Origin: Anolis carolinensis
Lineage: Eukaryota
Length of the DNA: 64,000 nt
Direction of reading: 5' to 3'
Assembly (NCBI RefSeq): GCF_035594765.1
Contig: NC_085845.1
Coordinates: 95,350,024 to 95,414,023, forward strand
The notes under the pieces were generated by a model. That model worked only from the letters and a program-made list of their open reading frames with translations, had not been told where the DNA came from and did not search any database. Within the stretch, counting starts at the first letter, position 1. Every line of letters starts with the position of its first letter. Made by a program: the position numbers and the translations under genes. This document shows, in pieces, positions 50,264-63,992 of this stretch.

Positions 50264-51049
50264 CCTGCCCAATAATTGAGATCTGCTGATGGGTAGGGGG
50301 CTTCATCACATCGCACCAGTGAGGCCAATGCACTATATTAGGGCATGGGAGGGGGCCTTCTCAGCTGTGGCACTTCAACTGCAGAATGCCCTCTCCTAGA
50401 AGGCTTAATTGGCACCAACATTCTTCTCATTTAGTACCAAGTTAAAATTTGACGATTTGCTAAAAACTTTGGGTTTTATTAATTCAACCCAAGACTGTCA
50501 CATGTGACCTCATCAGATGAGCAAAATTGCCCATCCTGCAACACTTCAACTTCACTTGAGGCATGGAGCTCACCAGCTCCCATCACATGACATCAATCTA
50601 CTGCCAACAGGGCTCCATGCCACAAGTGAAATTGACATGTCGCAGAAAGCAGCAGTGATAACATGGGGAGCTTCCTGTGTTTCATAGGAAACAAGAGGGG
50701 AGCCGGGTGGCGAAACTTCTCACTGTGGGATAAGGTGAGGGGGAAGGTGGATGATGCAGGGTGATGGGTTCCCCACGCCCCCCACTGAACCCTGCCTGAT
50801 TTGCCAGCCTCAATGTGATGCAGTCCTTACAGTTTTAAAGGGTTTTGTAAAAAAATTAATCTGCTTTTATTGTCAGGTTTTTTTAGCATATTCATAACTT
50901 CTTTGCCATTTTAAACTGTTTAAATTGTCTTAATGTTATTTGTCAGCCACCATGAGATCTCCTGATATTTTAATGTCTAAATGTTTTAATAAACAAGCTA
51001 CATTGAAATTCATAGCAATTATGGAAAGAAATCCGCGTAAATGAACAGA

Positions 51050-51415
51050 AACCTAGATAAACAAAAAGGTTTTTGAAGATATGTTTTTACAGTATAGAAG
51101 AAAACAAGAATGAGAATGCCAAGGAATGCAGAGGACTTCTAGAAAGGGACAGTTCCATATTTGGAACATATACTGCCTGTAGGATTTTTTTACAGTTCTT
51201 TTAATACTTAGTTTTATTATAAATTGTTTTGAGTCTTTTTGGAGAGATAACCTAGATAAACAAAAAGGTTTTTAAATATATGTTTTTACAATATAGAATA
51301 AAACAAGAATGAAAATGCCAAGGAATGCAGAGGACTTCTAGGAAGGGACAGTTCCATATTTGGAACATATACTGCCTGTAAGATTTTTTTACGGTTCTTT
51401 TAATACTTAGTTTTA
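51050..51415. repeat. Tandem duplication, period 199 bp
   Basis: acctagataaacaaaaaggttttt...aatacttagtttta starts at 51051 and again at 51250. Confidence 0.92.
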
Positions 51416-51872
51416 TCTTTTTGGAAAGATAAAGCAGGATGCAAATAAAAATAATAAATAAATAAATATAAATAAAACCAGGAACTCAGCCAATGAATGT
51501 ATATTTGTTTGTTATTTGTTGAATGTGTATTCCACATTTCTCCTAGAATGGGATTCAAAGCTAGTTACATATTTGCTTTTAATACTCATTGTGAAGTGGT
51601 AAGTAGCTATGCCATTGGTCTCACGCACTTGATCAGGTTCCTTCAAACACTAAGACTAACTGTGGTAGAATGATTTCCATGTTATTGCAATTATGTGCAA
51701 AATATTACTAACAGAAAATTGAAATTTTGTGTGAGAGGAAGAGAAGGGGGAGAAAGAAAGCAATATTCTTGAACTAACATTTTCACAAGGTTTTTGTTTT
51801 ACTTACAAGTTACTATTAAAAGCACCCCTTTATGTTTTATCTTTAATAGCATGTTCATTTTGTATTCCTTAG

Positions 51873-51954
51873 ATTAATGGGAAGCCTATCCAATACATCT
51901 TCCCCCATGCAAGGCTGAAACTGCCAAGGGATCCAAAGGATCACTCCATTTCAG
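51873..51954 (+). CDS. PCLO: Piccolo exon (~exon 9, 82 nt), start of the PDZ region; absent from the ORF track
   Basis: Acceptor tattccttag|ATT and donor TCAG|gtaaag. Encodes [27 protein letters not shown](G); phase 0 to 1. Confidence 0.93.
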
Positions 51955-53138
51955 GTAAAGTGAATAAAAGTAGCTGGCTTCATTATAAAATTCATTGCAA
52001 ATGAAATAAAAGATGATGCATGTATCTCATGTGGCAAAATGATTGTTGAGATACGATGGGTGGCAGTGTTCAGTGGTAGCAAAACAGAATGACATTTATT
52101 AGGGGCAACAACTCTTTTAAAATAACAAAGCTATTGTAGGAATGTTGCTGCTGAAAATAATATGTGAATAGGTGCTATTTTATATGTGCATAATTTTTGA
52201 TAGTAGACATAGATATTTATCTACATTCTCTATTTTACATGCTGAAGGTATCTAGCCAATGATTGCTTTTGGATACCTCGTTATTCTGATAATGCATTGA
52301 GATTCCTGGTATAGTTTGGCATTTCAGTTTTATACCTAAGGCGAAGCCCTACTGAGTGCAATGCGGTTATGCCTATGAAAATATAAATATAGTAGGACTG
52401 CTAGATGATTTATCAAAGGAAGGGGCACCATATGCAATGTACTGACAGCATGTAACTACATATTCTACATTTTACAAGAGAGGGAGAATCTGGAAGTTTA
52501 ATGTGTCTAGTAAGAGAACAGTTCATGCATAGTGAATTCACTCTATTTCTACATTTCAATAATCTTCTCCATTACCCTCCACCCTTCTATTACCTTGTCA
52601 AAAGAAACATAAGGTCGGTAACTTTAGATTGTCTAGAGGCAGCCTAGCCTAAAGCGAATCTTTTAACAAATAGATCCGTTTGATACATGCTTGACCCAAT
52701 TTCAGTCACTGACGTATATCTGCCAAATTGTGAATTGTGGTTGTCAAGTTTGTTTTTGGCTGAGTAGGCAGTTTTTCAAAATGTCTTCTACTTATATTGT
52801 TTTTCAATGAGGGTTTTAACTAAAAAGTACTATGTAAATTTTCTGGAACAATGTTTGAAGCATAAACATGGTAGGAAGGGAGAGCCAAAGGCAGCATTTA
52901 ATATTCAAAACTATATAGCATTGGAACAGCCAGAGCTGTCTGTTTTGCTTGAATGTAGTAGCAAAAAGGCTGTAGAAGGTTTTAATAAGTCTGTTTCAGT
53001 GCATACTGCTTCATGTTTTTTTCTCTTGAAATAAATATTAATTTCAAATGAAATGATTTTTATTTTTTTCTTCTCTGACAATATGCACTATTTGTCTCGT
53101 ACTGGAAGCATGTAGTTCACACATTCAGGGCTTTCTGA

Positions 53139-54442
53139 TAGGCATGTGCGATCCAGGGGAAAAAATGGTTCTAAACTCTCTTTGAAAGTAGGGGGTGCTG
53201 GCGCTTCGTTTCTAAAGTCATTTCTGAATTTTGAGGGCAAAAAGTTCAAAACTTTCCGAAACTTCCGAATTTTCGTATGTACCTCGTTAATGGCGGATGC
53301 GCATGCGGATGAAGGAAAACATTATGGGGAAATTTGAGGGGCTTCTCTCTCCCTCATTTTTTGAGCTATCCTAATGAATCTTGCTACACTGGTAGAACAC
53401 ATTTACCCCTGTTAACTCACCAAATCTAACGATGTTTGACATATCCTCAGATTTTTGGTGAATTTTCAAAGTTTTTATAAAAAAAACTTTTTGATAATAA
53501 CAAAAACCTGTTTCTGGTTTGAAAGTGTTATTTCCTGTTTCATTGTGTTGTCTTTACTTTGAAAGTCATTGTTATACTTCAGAAACTTTGTTTTTGTGGC
53601 TGAAACTGTTAAATTTGTGGAGAGAGCCTCAACAACCATAATGTGCTATTTATAGAACAATGTCCCTTGCGCAAAGAATTTTTTTTGGCAGTGTAATAAA
53701 GTTTTGCCATATTTCTATGACAGAACCAATTAGGAAATGACATTTATCACCCAGGAACAGAAATCATAGTACACCATCAAATCACTCCTGACAGATGGCA
53801 ATCAGCCTCTGAATAGGGAAATCTGTTCCTGGTTTGAAAGTGTTATTTCCTGTTTCATTGCATTTTCTGGGGCTGAGAGTGTGTGACTTGCCCAAGATCA
53901 CCCAGTGGGTTTCTATGGCTGAGTGGGAATCAAGCCACAATCGTAGTCCAACTCTCAAAACGGCCTGATGCTAGCGAGGAGTGGGTTTCTTCCTATGAGG
54001 CTGATATTTAACCTGCTTCTAACCAGGAGGGAAAATGCTCATGAGTGGGTTTCTTCCTATGAGACCTATATTTAGCCTGCTTCTAACCAGGAGGGAAAAC
54101 GCTCAGGAGTGGGTTTCTTCCTATGGGGCTGATATTAAGCCCGATGCTAGCCACCAGCCACTGGAGAGAAAATGCTCTTCCCTTTCTGCCAAGACTCTAC
54201 TGTATTATAATAATCAACAAGCCCAAGCTAGGCTGCTCCTCCTTGCAAACAAATTTTGGATGAATTAAAAACACTTTCTCGTATATCCAAAGGTTTTCCA
54301 AAGCCATTAAATAAATGGACTCCAATGTTTCGAATTGGAAGGTTAAGTCCGAAGGGCCAAACCACCTTGAAACCCCGTTCGGAACCCAAAATAGATACGA
54401 TTTTATTCCAATTAACGATTCTGGGGAATTCGCCCATACCTA
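53139..54442. mobile_element. 1.3-kb non-autonomous mosaic hAT element
   Basis: TIR TAGGCATGTGCGA / TCGCCCATACCTA; perfect 8-bp TSD CTTTCTGA. Confidence 0.88.
53979..54141. repeat. 64-bp minisatellite, ~2.5 copies
   Basis: gagtgggtttcttcctatg at 53979, 54043 and 54107. Confidence 0.9.
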
Positions 54443-55909
54443 CTTTCTGACTGCCAAGTGAACATTATTCTTTTTATTATTTATTTATTTATTTATTTAA
54501 TGATAAATCAAACCATACAAATCATCATTCTGGACATAAGGTACCAGGAAAGGTATAACAAATGCATATACAATGACTGCACTAAGGTTGAAAAATCTAC
54601 TAATTTGAAGACCACAGTGAAGTTATAGCATGAATTACAATGGATTTTTTTACTGGGACCAAAAGTTAAAGCTATTTTTCTTTCTAATTATTGCAAGGAA
54701 TTTTTTAAAAAAAAATGTTTCTATAAAACATTACAATTTTGAAAGGTTTTGGAAACAAATGTGTGCCAAAGGAATTCAAAACATAGTTTTATGGCACATT
54801 CAATCAATGATTTGGTGCAGCATTCAGAAGAGTTCACCTCAATTCTGTCCCTCTGATAATTGGATTTTGAAAAATTACCTTGTGGAAACAAGGACTGATG
54901 ATAACACTTTAGTGGAGACACCTTTTTCCCATGATAACTCTTTCAGGAGGGAATCTCCCATCTGGGGATAGATTTCTCTCACTTCCTATTGTCTCACCCT
55001 ATTCTTAACTATGAGTTGTGTGTAAGTCAAATGTTGTAACTCGGGGACTGTGTACAGGACAGTAGAACCTGGACCCAAACCACGTAGAGCTTTAAAAAAT
55101 GGAACCAACACCTTGCCCACAAACTAATTGGCAGTGAATCGAGTGACTTTAATATGTGTGTAATATCTTCACTCCTAGACATTCACATAACTAGCCTGGC
55201 TGCCATGTTTTGAATTAACTGGAGTTTCCTAATTTGGTACAAAGGTAGTCCAATGCATAGCACATTGCAAAAGTCCAGCCTCAAGGTTGCCTTGTGAATG
55301 AAATAACTTCAAAAGATTTCATTATCATCAGCCTGCTCAGGTCTTGCAAACTAAGGATCATGGCTTCTTTGACTGAGTTCTCATCAACACCAACTGTTAG
55401 GTCGGTGTGTACTCAGCTTCACAGTGGCTAAGCATTGCATGGAACTAGTCTGGCTGCACTTGGATGAGAAGTGAGAACTGGTCCAAGTACACTTTGTAAG
55501 GCATGAGTCAGTAAATTGTGATACATGGACACATGCATGGATATTTAGAAGTCCTCAAAGGTGCCATAGCATTCCCAAATTGGTGCATTTTTGGAAATAT
55601 TCATAATGCCTCTTGCAAACATACTCAGCATGTGGTGCAAGGACCAATCTGGCCCCCCACTCTTCCATACACCCCAAATGTTGTTTTCTGCTTAGGGAAG
55701 CTTTTTTCAATGTGGAAGTGATTTTCAGTTGACTTCCTGAAAATTAACTGTGTCAGCCTGTTGGAGGTTATAGGCCTTTCACTGGCTTAAACAATGACAT
55801 CATATGTAGAAATAGTGGTAATAGTAGTCTTTAAAGGGGTGCATTTAGACTGTAGAATTAATGCAATTTAACACCACCACATGTCTGTACTGACATACAG
55901 TGCAATTTC

Positions 55910-56545
55910 TTTTTTTCTGAATAATTTTTTATTTTATAGTGAAGCATAATACATTGAAAGTGGGGGAACAATATATCAATAGAAAAGTGGGAAAGTATCA
56001 AGAGGAGAAATAATCATAAAAATAGAGGTAAAAAAAACCGAGAAGAGAAAAAATTGGTTAGACTTCCCATCTTGGCTTCAGAGTTGTCTCTTTCGTTAAT
56101 TGTGTCTTTATGTATTTCCTCTAACCTTTTCCGTTTAATCTGCTTTATATATTAGACAGGTCTAGCATAAAATCCATTCTTCTTTTTGTTAGGAATTTTG
56201 TAAAGTTTGTCCAGTCTGTTTTATTTTTCCCTTTTCTTATTTTTTGTGTTAACTTGTCCATTTGTACTATATCCAGTATTATTATCCATTCTTCAAGGGT
56301 TGGGAGTCTTTTTCCTTTCCAGATCTTTTCAATTGTTAATCTTGCCGCTGTGCTTAAATAATAAAAAAAATTCTATCTTCGTTTTTTAAAAATTTTGCAT
56401 TCGTAAAACTTAATAAATACATTTCCGGTTCTAATTTAAATTTAATTCCTATAATTTCTTGTGTCATTTCATGAACAGTCTTCCAAAATTCTTTAATTTT
56501 CCCACCATTGATGAAAAAATGTCCCTATTTTTTTCCCCGCATTTC
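55910..56545 (-). mobile_element. 5'-truncated L1-clade LINE nested in a MITE
   Basis: 12-bp TSD CAGTGCAATTTC, short poly(A), minus-strand WKCGEKIGTFFHQWW cysteine-rich C-terminal motif. Confidence 0.8.
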
Positions 56546-58319
56546 CAGTGCAATTTCAAACTCCATCATATGGCAGTGTAGATGGGGCCATAGTTTTAGC
56601 CTTCTCTGCCAATGACTGTTGGTGCATCATCAAACTGCAAACTACAGACCCCAGAATTCCATAGAATTAAGTCATGGCAGTTGTGTCAAACTGCATTAAT
56701 TTTACAATGTAGATTTATCCAAGGGCAATTTTGGTAAATAAAATATTAACAATGGAGGAGAGTTGTTGGAAGCACAGTGAGACTTAATGACACAGTAAGA
56801 AGTTAATGAATTCCTGAATAATGAGTAGTTGCCCACCTCGTGTTGTAAACTTGGTCACCAAATAGGATTTGAATATAAGCCCCCTGAGTGGAGCATTTTG
56901 AAACCAGAACTCCAGATCATGAGTGTGCAGTTTAGAAGAGAGAGAGAGGAGGGAGATAAACATATCATTGTGCTTTACTGCAAATTAGGAGCAGTATTTT
57001 GCTATGTACAAGAAATGGAGAAGAAGAAATTTTCCTGTTGAAAATGAAAGATTTAGACCACATGGTATTGACCAAGTCAATTAAAGGCGAAGTCTGAAAT
57101 GTATGCTTCTGTCCTTACCAGCACACATACTATGTACAATGGCTATACCAACTCAAGATGCCATGCAAGGAAGTTTCCTTTGTGTGATTCAACCCAATTA
57201 AGACAAGAGGGAACATCTCCTAAATGATTGCCCACACATGGTTATTAGTACTGTGAGAAAACACTAAGCAATTACTCTTTTATGCCTCATGGCAGTAATC
57301 ACTCTGTGACGGTTGGGTTACTAATTCATGAATTGAAATAAAGTAATGTTAACTATTATAACAAGGGTGGGAAATCAGCCTTTAGGGTCCCTAGATAAAA
57401 GACTGAATCATCGCATTTGTGATTCTGGCTTTTATCTCAGGAACATAAGGCCAATTTCCCGCATCCCAATATTGGGAACATTTTGAATTATAAAGATCCC
57501 AAACTAAATTAAGCATACATGAATTAAATCATACTAGTACTTGGAGTTCTTAATGTATTAAATATAATAAAACTAGCACTACCAATTTTTACAAACAAAA
57601 TTTAATCTCGTTTCTTGGGGCTATTCAGGATGTGTAGACTATTCTATTCTACTTCTACTTTGCCAATGACAAAGAACTACTTTAAAAAAGTGATCTTGCA
57701 TTTAATTTTCTTGCCAGCCATCTGGTGTATCTGCTATATTTTCATCATGAGAAACTGGCATTGTTTCCTCCAGGGTTAACAAAGTTCAGATGTAGAAATG
57801 CGCCTCCCACAAATATATACTGTTCAAAAAAGTGTAATTTTTTCATTTTCACTTACTGTTGTTCTCAGTCCCCATTAACTGCAATCAGGAGGTAGCGGTA
57901 AGAAGAATAATTTAGCCCCCCTCCCCAGTTGTACCATTTTTCCCTATTTTGCCAGGCAAAGTCTAGACTGGATACTGCTATTTTTGTTTGCTATTTTCAA
58001 AAAAACTCATAAGTGTTATGTCAGCATTGTAATCCTCTGCTGTTAGCTTTAAAACTTATTATTTATGAAGGCATTTTAAATTGCTCAGTTGGTCTGATTT
58101 TTTTATTGCTTTCCTTGGTTATAGAGGGATGCAAATTAAGTAAAAGCATTTTATTGTTTTTACTGTATTTGTATTATTTTAAGAAGTAAAATATATAGAC
58201 TGATGTTTGAGAGCAAATCAAAGTGAGGTACTTGGAGTACACCAGTGGAGAGCTCTAGTATATTCTTCTGAATTTTATTAATAACAATTATTTTATTATG
58301 ACACAGCAAACAAGAGAGA

Positions 58320-58368
<49 letters not shown>
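58320..58368. repeat. (ATT)n microsatellite
   Basis: Direct observation. Confidence 0.95.
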
Positions 58369-58369
<1 letters not shown>

Positions 58370-58542
58370 GCCTCCCTTTTCGGGTTGAGGCAGGACACAA
58401 CACAGTCAAAGACATCTACAAAAGCACATCTTAAAACATAGTTAAAATACAACCATAAAAGCACATATTAAAACATTGAAATTGAGGATATAGCACACAT
58501 ATTATTTGATTCTAAATTGTATCAGAAAGTGAGAGACTTGTA

Positions 58543-58876
58543 GGTAAATGTAAAGGTTTTCCCTTGACATTAAGTCTAGTCATGTCCGACTCCAGGGGTT
58601 GGTGCTCATTTCCATTTGTAAACCAAAGAACCAACATTGTCCGTAAACACCTCCAAGGTCATGTGGCCGGCATGACTGTATGGAGTGCCATTACCTTCCC
58701 ACCGGAGCGGTACCTATTGATCTACCCACATTTGAATGTTTTCAAACTGCTAGTTTTACAGAGGCTGGGGATAACAGCGGGAGCTCACCCCACTCCCCGG
58801 ATTCGAACTGCCGACCTTCCGATCGGCAAGTTTAACAGCTCAGTGGTTTAACCTGCTGTGCCATTGGGGGCTCCCT
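58543..58876 (-). mobile_element. Sauria SINE
   Basis: Reverse-complement family match; 10-bp TSD GAGACTTGTA. Confidence 0.9.
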
Positions 58877-59204
58877 GAGACTTGTATCTTGGTCCATGTA
58901 TCAAACAGACAATTTATTGGGAATATCACATAAGAACAACATATTGTATGTGCGAACAAGACCCAAAAATAACAACTCTGTATTTAAGCAAAACAATACA
59001 TTTGAGAACCACATATGTGGGGCTGATCGGGGTAAATTGTAGGGGTGATAAGGAAATATGATGTATATATTCCGTTTTATCATATTTATTTACTGTATTG
59101 TTATAAGTGTCTTATTTTAACTTACTACATAGAGTATAATCAAGTCTCATTAAGCCTTGTTGTTTGGTTTGGTTTTGTGATATGGCCTAAGGGCTAATCA
59201 ATAA

Positions 59205-59268
<64 letters not shown>
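59205..59268. repeat. (ATT)n microsatellite
   Basis: Direct observation. Confidence 0.95.
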
Positions 59269-59271
<3 letters not shown>

Positions 59272-59750
59272 TAAAACATACACATTAAAATACATAACAC
59301 AAAAAGTTAAAACACAATAAAAATAGAACATCATTTTGAAATTCATAGTTAAAACTGACTGGGTAGGCCTGCAATAAAGGCAAGGAGTAAGTGGAAAGCT
59401 ATCTCCAACAAACTTGTCGCAATCTAGAAGAGTTTTAGAATTTTTTTAAAAAGATCCTTCGCCCTTCCCTTACAAAGCTTGTAAGAATTGCTTTGGATAG
59501 CTGCACTCTTATGCATCCTTACCTGGCTAAGGGAAAAGCCCTTTTAAACATAATGAGATTTTTGTTAAAATAACTGTGTAGTAATTTGCAGTGAGTCAAC
59601 AATCACTTTGATTCCCCTTTGGGGAGATAAAGCAGGGTATAAATAAATATAATCATAATAATAACAACAACAATGAAAGAAAAGAAAAGAAAGATGTGGT
59701 TAATATTTTATCTCTGTGCTTGAATGTGTCTGTCTTTTCACTAACTGCAG

Positions 59751-59876
59751 GCAATGGACTTGGAATTCGAATTGTAGGAGGGAAAGAGATTCCAGGAACC
59801 AATGGAGAAATCGGTGCTTACATTGCAAAAATCCTGCCAGGTGGAAGTGCTGAGCAAACAGGGAAACTTATGGAAG
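59751..59876 (+). CDS. PCLO: Piccolo PDZ-domain exon (~exon 10, 126 nt)
   Basis: Acceptor ctaactgcag|GC and donor GAAG|gtacgt. Encodes [42 protein letters not shown]; phase 1 to 1. Confidence 0.96.
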
Positions 59877-60687
59877 GTACGTGTTTTGTCATCTGTCTTG
59901 TTTAGGGTTCTCCTTTATGTATGCCCAGAGTTTATATATCTGGAAGACAAATTAAACAGAGCCTTGGAAAAACAATGAGAGGTGAACAGCAAGCCTGGGA
60001 TCTCATCACTGAGGTCCTAAGCATAAAGAGCTAAAAATAAAGAAAATACCAGAAGTCAAATGGTTTCTGACTGTTAGAAATGGTGACAGGTTTTGCACCA
60101 TAAAATCACAGGCTATATGTCCTAGGATACACATGACAATTGCAAGGCTCACGGGCCGAATCTGACCCATCATGTCATTTTATGTGGCCCACAAGGCTTT
60201 CAGTATTAGAGCAACACAGTTACATTTAATAGTCTTATGAGAATAATGGCCTCTTGAAGGCAACCATAAGGCTGACATGGCTCTTGATGAAAATGAGTTT
60301 GACACCTCATCCAAGGTCAAGTTCTCAGAGGATTTAGCAAGGGGGGAAGAAGCAACAGAAGGCAACCAATTGAGAATATTTTATTACATAAATGATAACA
60401 TTACATAAAATCACTCTGTTTTTTCTCAGATAATGTAGAATTGGCAACAATTAGAAGGGAACTATTGAATTTTGTTGTTTCAGTGTGATTCCAAATATCT
60501 GCTGTTGACCATGAAAACGATGGCCAATTTGATTTTCACATGTTTTTAGATTGTTGGGGTATAACAATAGCTGGTTAGTTTTAGTAGAAAAAATACCATG
60601 CACTACATGCTAGTAGCTACCATGGCAGCTTTTAGCCCTAAGACTGAAATATTGGTTCTCATCCTGTTACTGAACTGCAGTAGTATA

Positions 60688-60875
60688 AGGCCACATCTAC
60701 ACTGACCATTCAATGCAGTGTAGACTCATATAATACAGTTTAACTGTCACATCTACACTGCCAGAAAATGAGATGTAGCACTCACATTAGGCTGGGATAT
60801 ACAAATGACACATCCAGGCTAATGCGTTTTAACCCAGGGTAAGTCTTTTAATCCATCAATGTAGATGTGGCCTTG
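60688..60875. mobile_element. MITE with AAGGCCACATCTACA inverted ends
   Basis: aaggccacatctaca / tgtagatgtggcctt. Confidence 0.65.
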
Positions 60876-60882
60876 GTCAGAG

Positions 60883-60935
<53 letters not shown>

Positions 60936-63391
60936 CAACTTTATTTTTATACCCCGCCTCTATCTCCCCAAAGGGGACTCAGGGCGGCTTACATGGGGCC
61001 AAGCCCGAATAAAAACAATAGCAATATAAAACACAACAATAGACAAAAAACATGCACAATTATAAAAATTTGAACATTAGCCAATAAAAACAAGAACTAA
61101 TAAAAACATGGATTAAAATGGAGAGATTGTAAAAGTAGACTGGGTAAGGTGCACCATATAAATATTGTAAACACGAGGTGACTGATAAAGTGCTGCAAAT
61201 TCTTGGAAGTGCAAATTGGGATGGGAATAGACCCTGTATAGTTGTATAGTTGTTGCAGGTCAGACTGGGAATAGTTTTATCCTGCCATATAATGTAGTTT
61301 GGGACTGCATTACATGGTCAATGTAGCCTCTTACAATGCAGTTCAATGCAATTAAACTGCATTATATAGGTTGGTGTAGATCCAGCCTCACTTTCAATTA
61401 AATAATTTGTTTTTTTCCAAGATAAACCAGAGCTTGGGAAGTTTGTTTTTGTTTTGTCTTTTGAAGCAATACCCAGGATCTCTCGGTCTGTATGATCAGT
61501 AGTGAAGGATTCTGGGAGTTGTAGTAGAAAAGGGTAATTCAAAATCAGATGTATCAGCAAACTGCAGTTTACCCTGAACTAGGAACTAAATGAGAGAAAG
61601 CTGATGTCAACCCTGCACATGGGTTCAGTTCCACAGTGTGGCATTATGCAAATACTGAGCCATAACCCTTGTTATTTACTATTTCTTGCCTTTTCAAAAA
61701 GTTCATTCCAATACCAAACACTCAGATAAAAACATGTCAAAATATCTGGGAGACTGCTCCTGAAAGAGATATACTTCATTCCAATGAATCTGCAAGTCAT
61801 GGATACGTATAATTTTGCTACATTTGATATATGCAGTTTATCGAAAAACCTTTTTCACTTCACAGTTGTCCTGATGGGAAAGGACAGAAAAGTCAATACA
61901 CTGAAACTGATTTCATAGGCAGTTATTCAGAAAGCTAATAGGGGTTTCATAGGAGATTTTATCAGACACAATAGGGACACAATGAATGTAAGTAAAACAA
62001 ACTGTACATGAATAGCAATCATTTTACACCAGCTGTCACAACATTATCCCTTCTTACGCAGATCAACAGCTGTTTTGCATTTTGATATCTACAAAAGGAA
62101 CGTGTCAAATGCTAAATTCTCATCTTCTTTAAATAGGGCCTGATATGAGCTGTCTTGTGCAATTTGAAGATGCAGCTCTCTTAGGACATTTTACCATATA
62201 GATGATAGCAGATGCAGTGTTTTTAAAGGCAAGGGAAATGAATTGGAGGGATGATTGAGACAGATTTACTGGGACAATTATAATTAGCTTTACTGTATGT
62301 TCTGATTATAACTTTAGTCTTCTTAGAAGCACTCTATGAAATAAGAGAATTGTTTCTGCTGAGGACTTTACGATGATATGCCCAATGAACAGCATGCAGC
62401 CACTTGATTGAATAGGTGTTGAAAGAGCTAAAGAGAATTGGGGATTTACAATGTTCCCAAGTAAAATGTTTTTCCTAAGGAGACATTTATTGATCTGAAA
62501 TGAATGTTTTCACTGCATTGAGTTCCAGAGAAAGGCAGAATATAAATGAATAAAGTAATAGTCACTATTCTCAGTGGCTATTGCCATTTGTCAGACAATT
62601 TCAGTGCTGTGCATCCTGATTATTTTGATTACATGTGAAAATCCCAACTTTTGACTTTGAATAGGTGGAAACATTCTGTCTGAAGAGGATATATGGAACT
62701 TGGCTTACTATTCCCTCTTTCATCTGTTCGGTAATTTCTAATACAGCCAAACTGACATGACACACACATAAACAAGGCCATAACTATATTTGCTGGAAAA
62801 ATCTGGCTGAATTTCAGTGCTACTTTGTTGCCACCTTGCAAGCCCTTTGTCTGTCTAGATGGACCCACAAACCAAGACCACATTAGCAGCATTGGGACCA
62901 TCACTGCTGCCACTGCCTCACCACCAGCATCGCCACTCACCACCAGCATGAAAGTCCCTCCCAAAAGCTTGGTGGGAGTGTTGTATTTCTGGTCACATGG
63001 CCTAGTGCCCGGCATAACATCACCAGAAATGCAATGTCACCAGCAAGCCTCTGGGAGAGAGCTGCTTGCTGGTGATAAGGTGGGCTTTTTGCAGTGTGGA
63101 CAGCAGATTCATTCAGATCCAGGCCAATCTTTCTGACACTGCAAACCTACTGCAGAGCTTAAAATCTCACGTTCATTGTTGCAGAATAATAGTTGGATGT
63201 GAGTATGTTGTGAATCCAGCCCATGCATCATGTGGGTCCACTTCCTTAAGTGAGTAATGAGTCCATATTATTTTGTCCATGTAGATATGAGCCAGGAAAG
63301 AGGTATCAACACATTCAGGACTCCCCTAAGGTTTGCACAACAAACACAGCAAAGAGTGAGCCATGTCATGTTCCAGGACTCTGCCTGGTTA

Positions 63392-63700
63392 TGTGGGCAG
63401 TATTTAACCAAAGCAACACCTAGATTGCACCTAGAACATCTTTATTGATATGCAATAACTTAAATATTTAGTCTCTTTAATGTCCAACTACAAAGATAGC
63501 ACCCAACTGATATAAAACCAAGTCCCAACACATGTTCAAAAAATGTTTCCAAAATTACATTCAGGAGTCCACGCAAAGTAACGTCCATCAATCAAAGGTT
63601 CAAACCAGTCTTTCCATTCCAAAAGTCATGCCAAGAAGTCAATCCAAATGCTTATATGAAGTTCCAAGGAACACAGCTAAGTTTCAGGGTTCCTCAGGAC
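63392..63700 (-). mobile_element. Possible LTR fragment
   Basis: TG boundary, minus-strand AATAAA near the end, distinct CA-rich composition. No second LTR is visible. Confidence 0.3.
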
Positions 63701-63992
63701 CAGAGCCGGTCCAACAATGAGGCGAATTAAGCGGTCACTTTGGGCGCAAAACATACGGGGGCGCAGTCGAGACTGCTTTTTCTGTTGATTTGTTGTAAAA
63801 CATGATGTTTTGGTGCTTAATTTGTAAAATCTTAATGTAATTTGATGTTTAATAGGCTTTTCTTTAATCCATCCTTATTATCCAACATTTTTGCTTATCC
63901 AACGCTTTTATTTTTCAGTGATTGGTTTTTTTTTGGGGGGGAGGGCAAAATTCTGTTCGTCTACACTTGAAAAATACCTAGGGCCGGCTCTG
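63701..63992. mobile_element. Non-autonomous hAT element carrying a mariner-MITE fragment
   Basis: TIR CAGAGCCGGTCC / GGGCCGGCTCTG; perfect 8-bp TSD CTCAGGAC. Confidence 0.9.

Noticed and set aside
53979-54141. Regularly spaced repeats resembling a CRISPR array
   Set aside because: The 'spacers' are also near-identical, so this is a minisatellite in vertebrate DNA with no cas genes.
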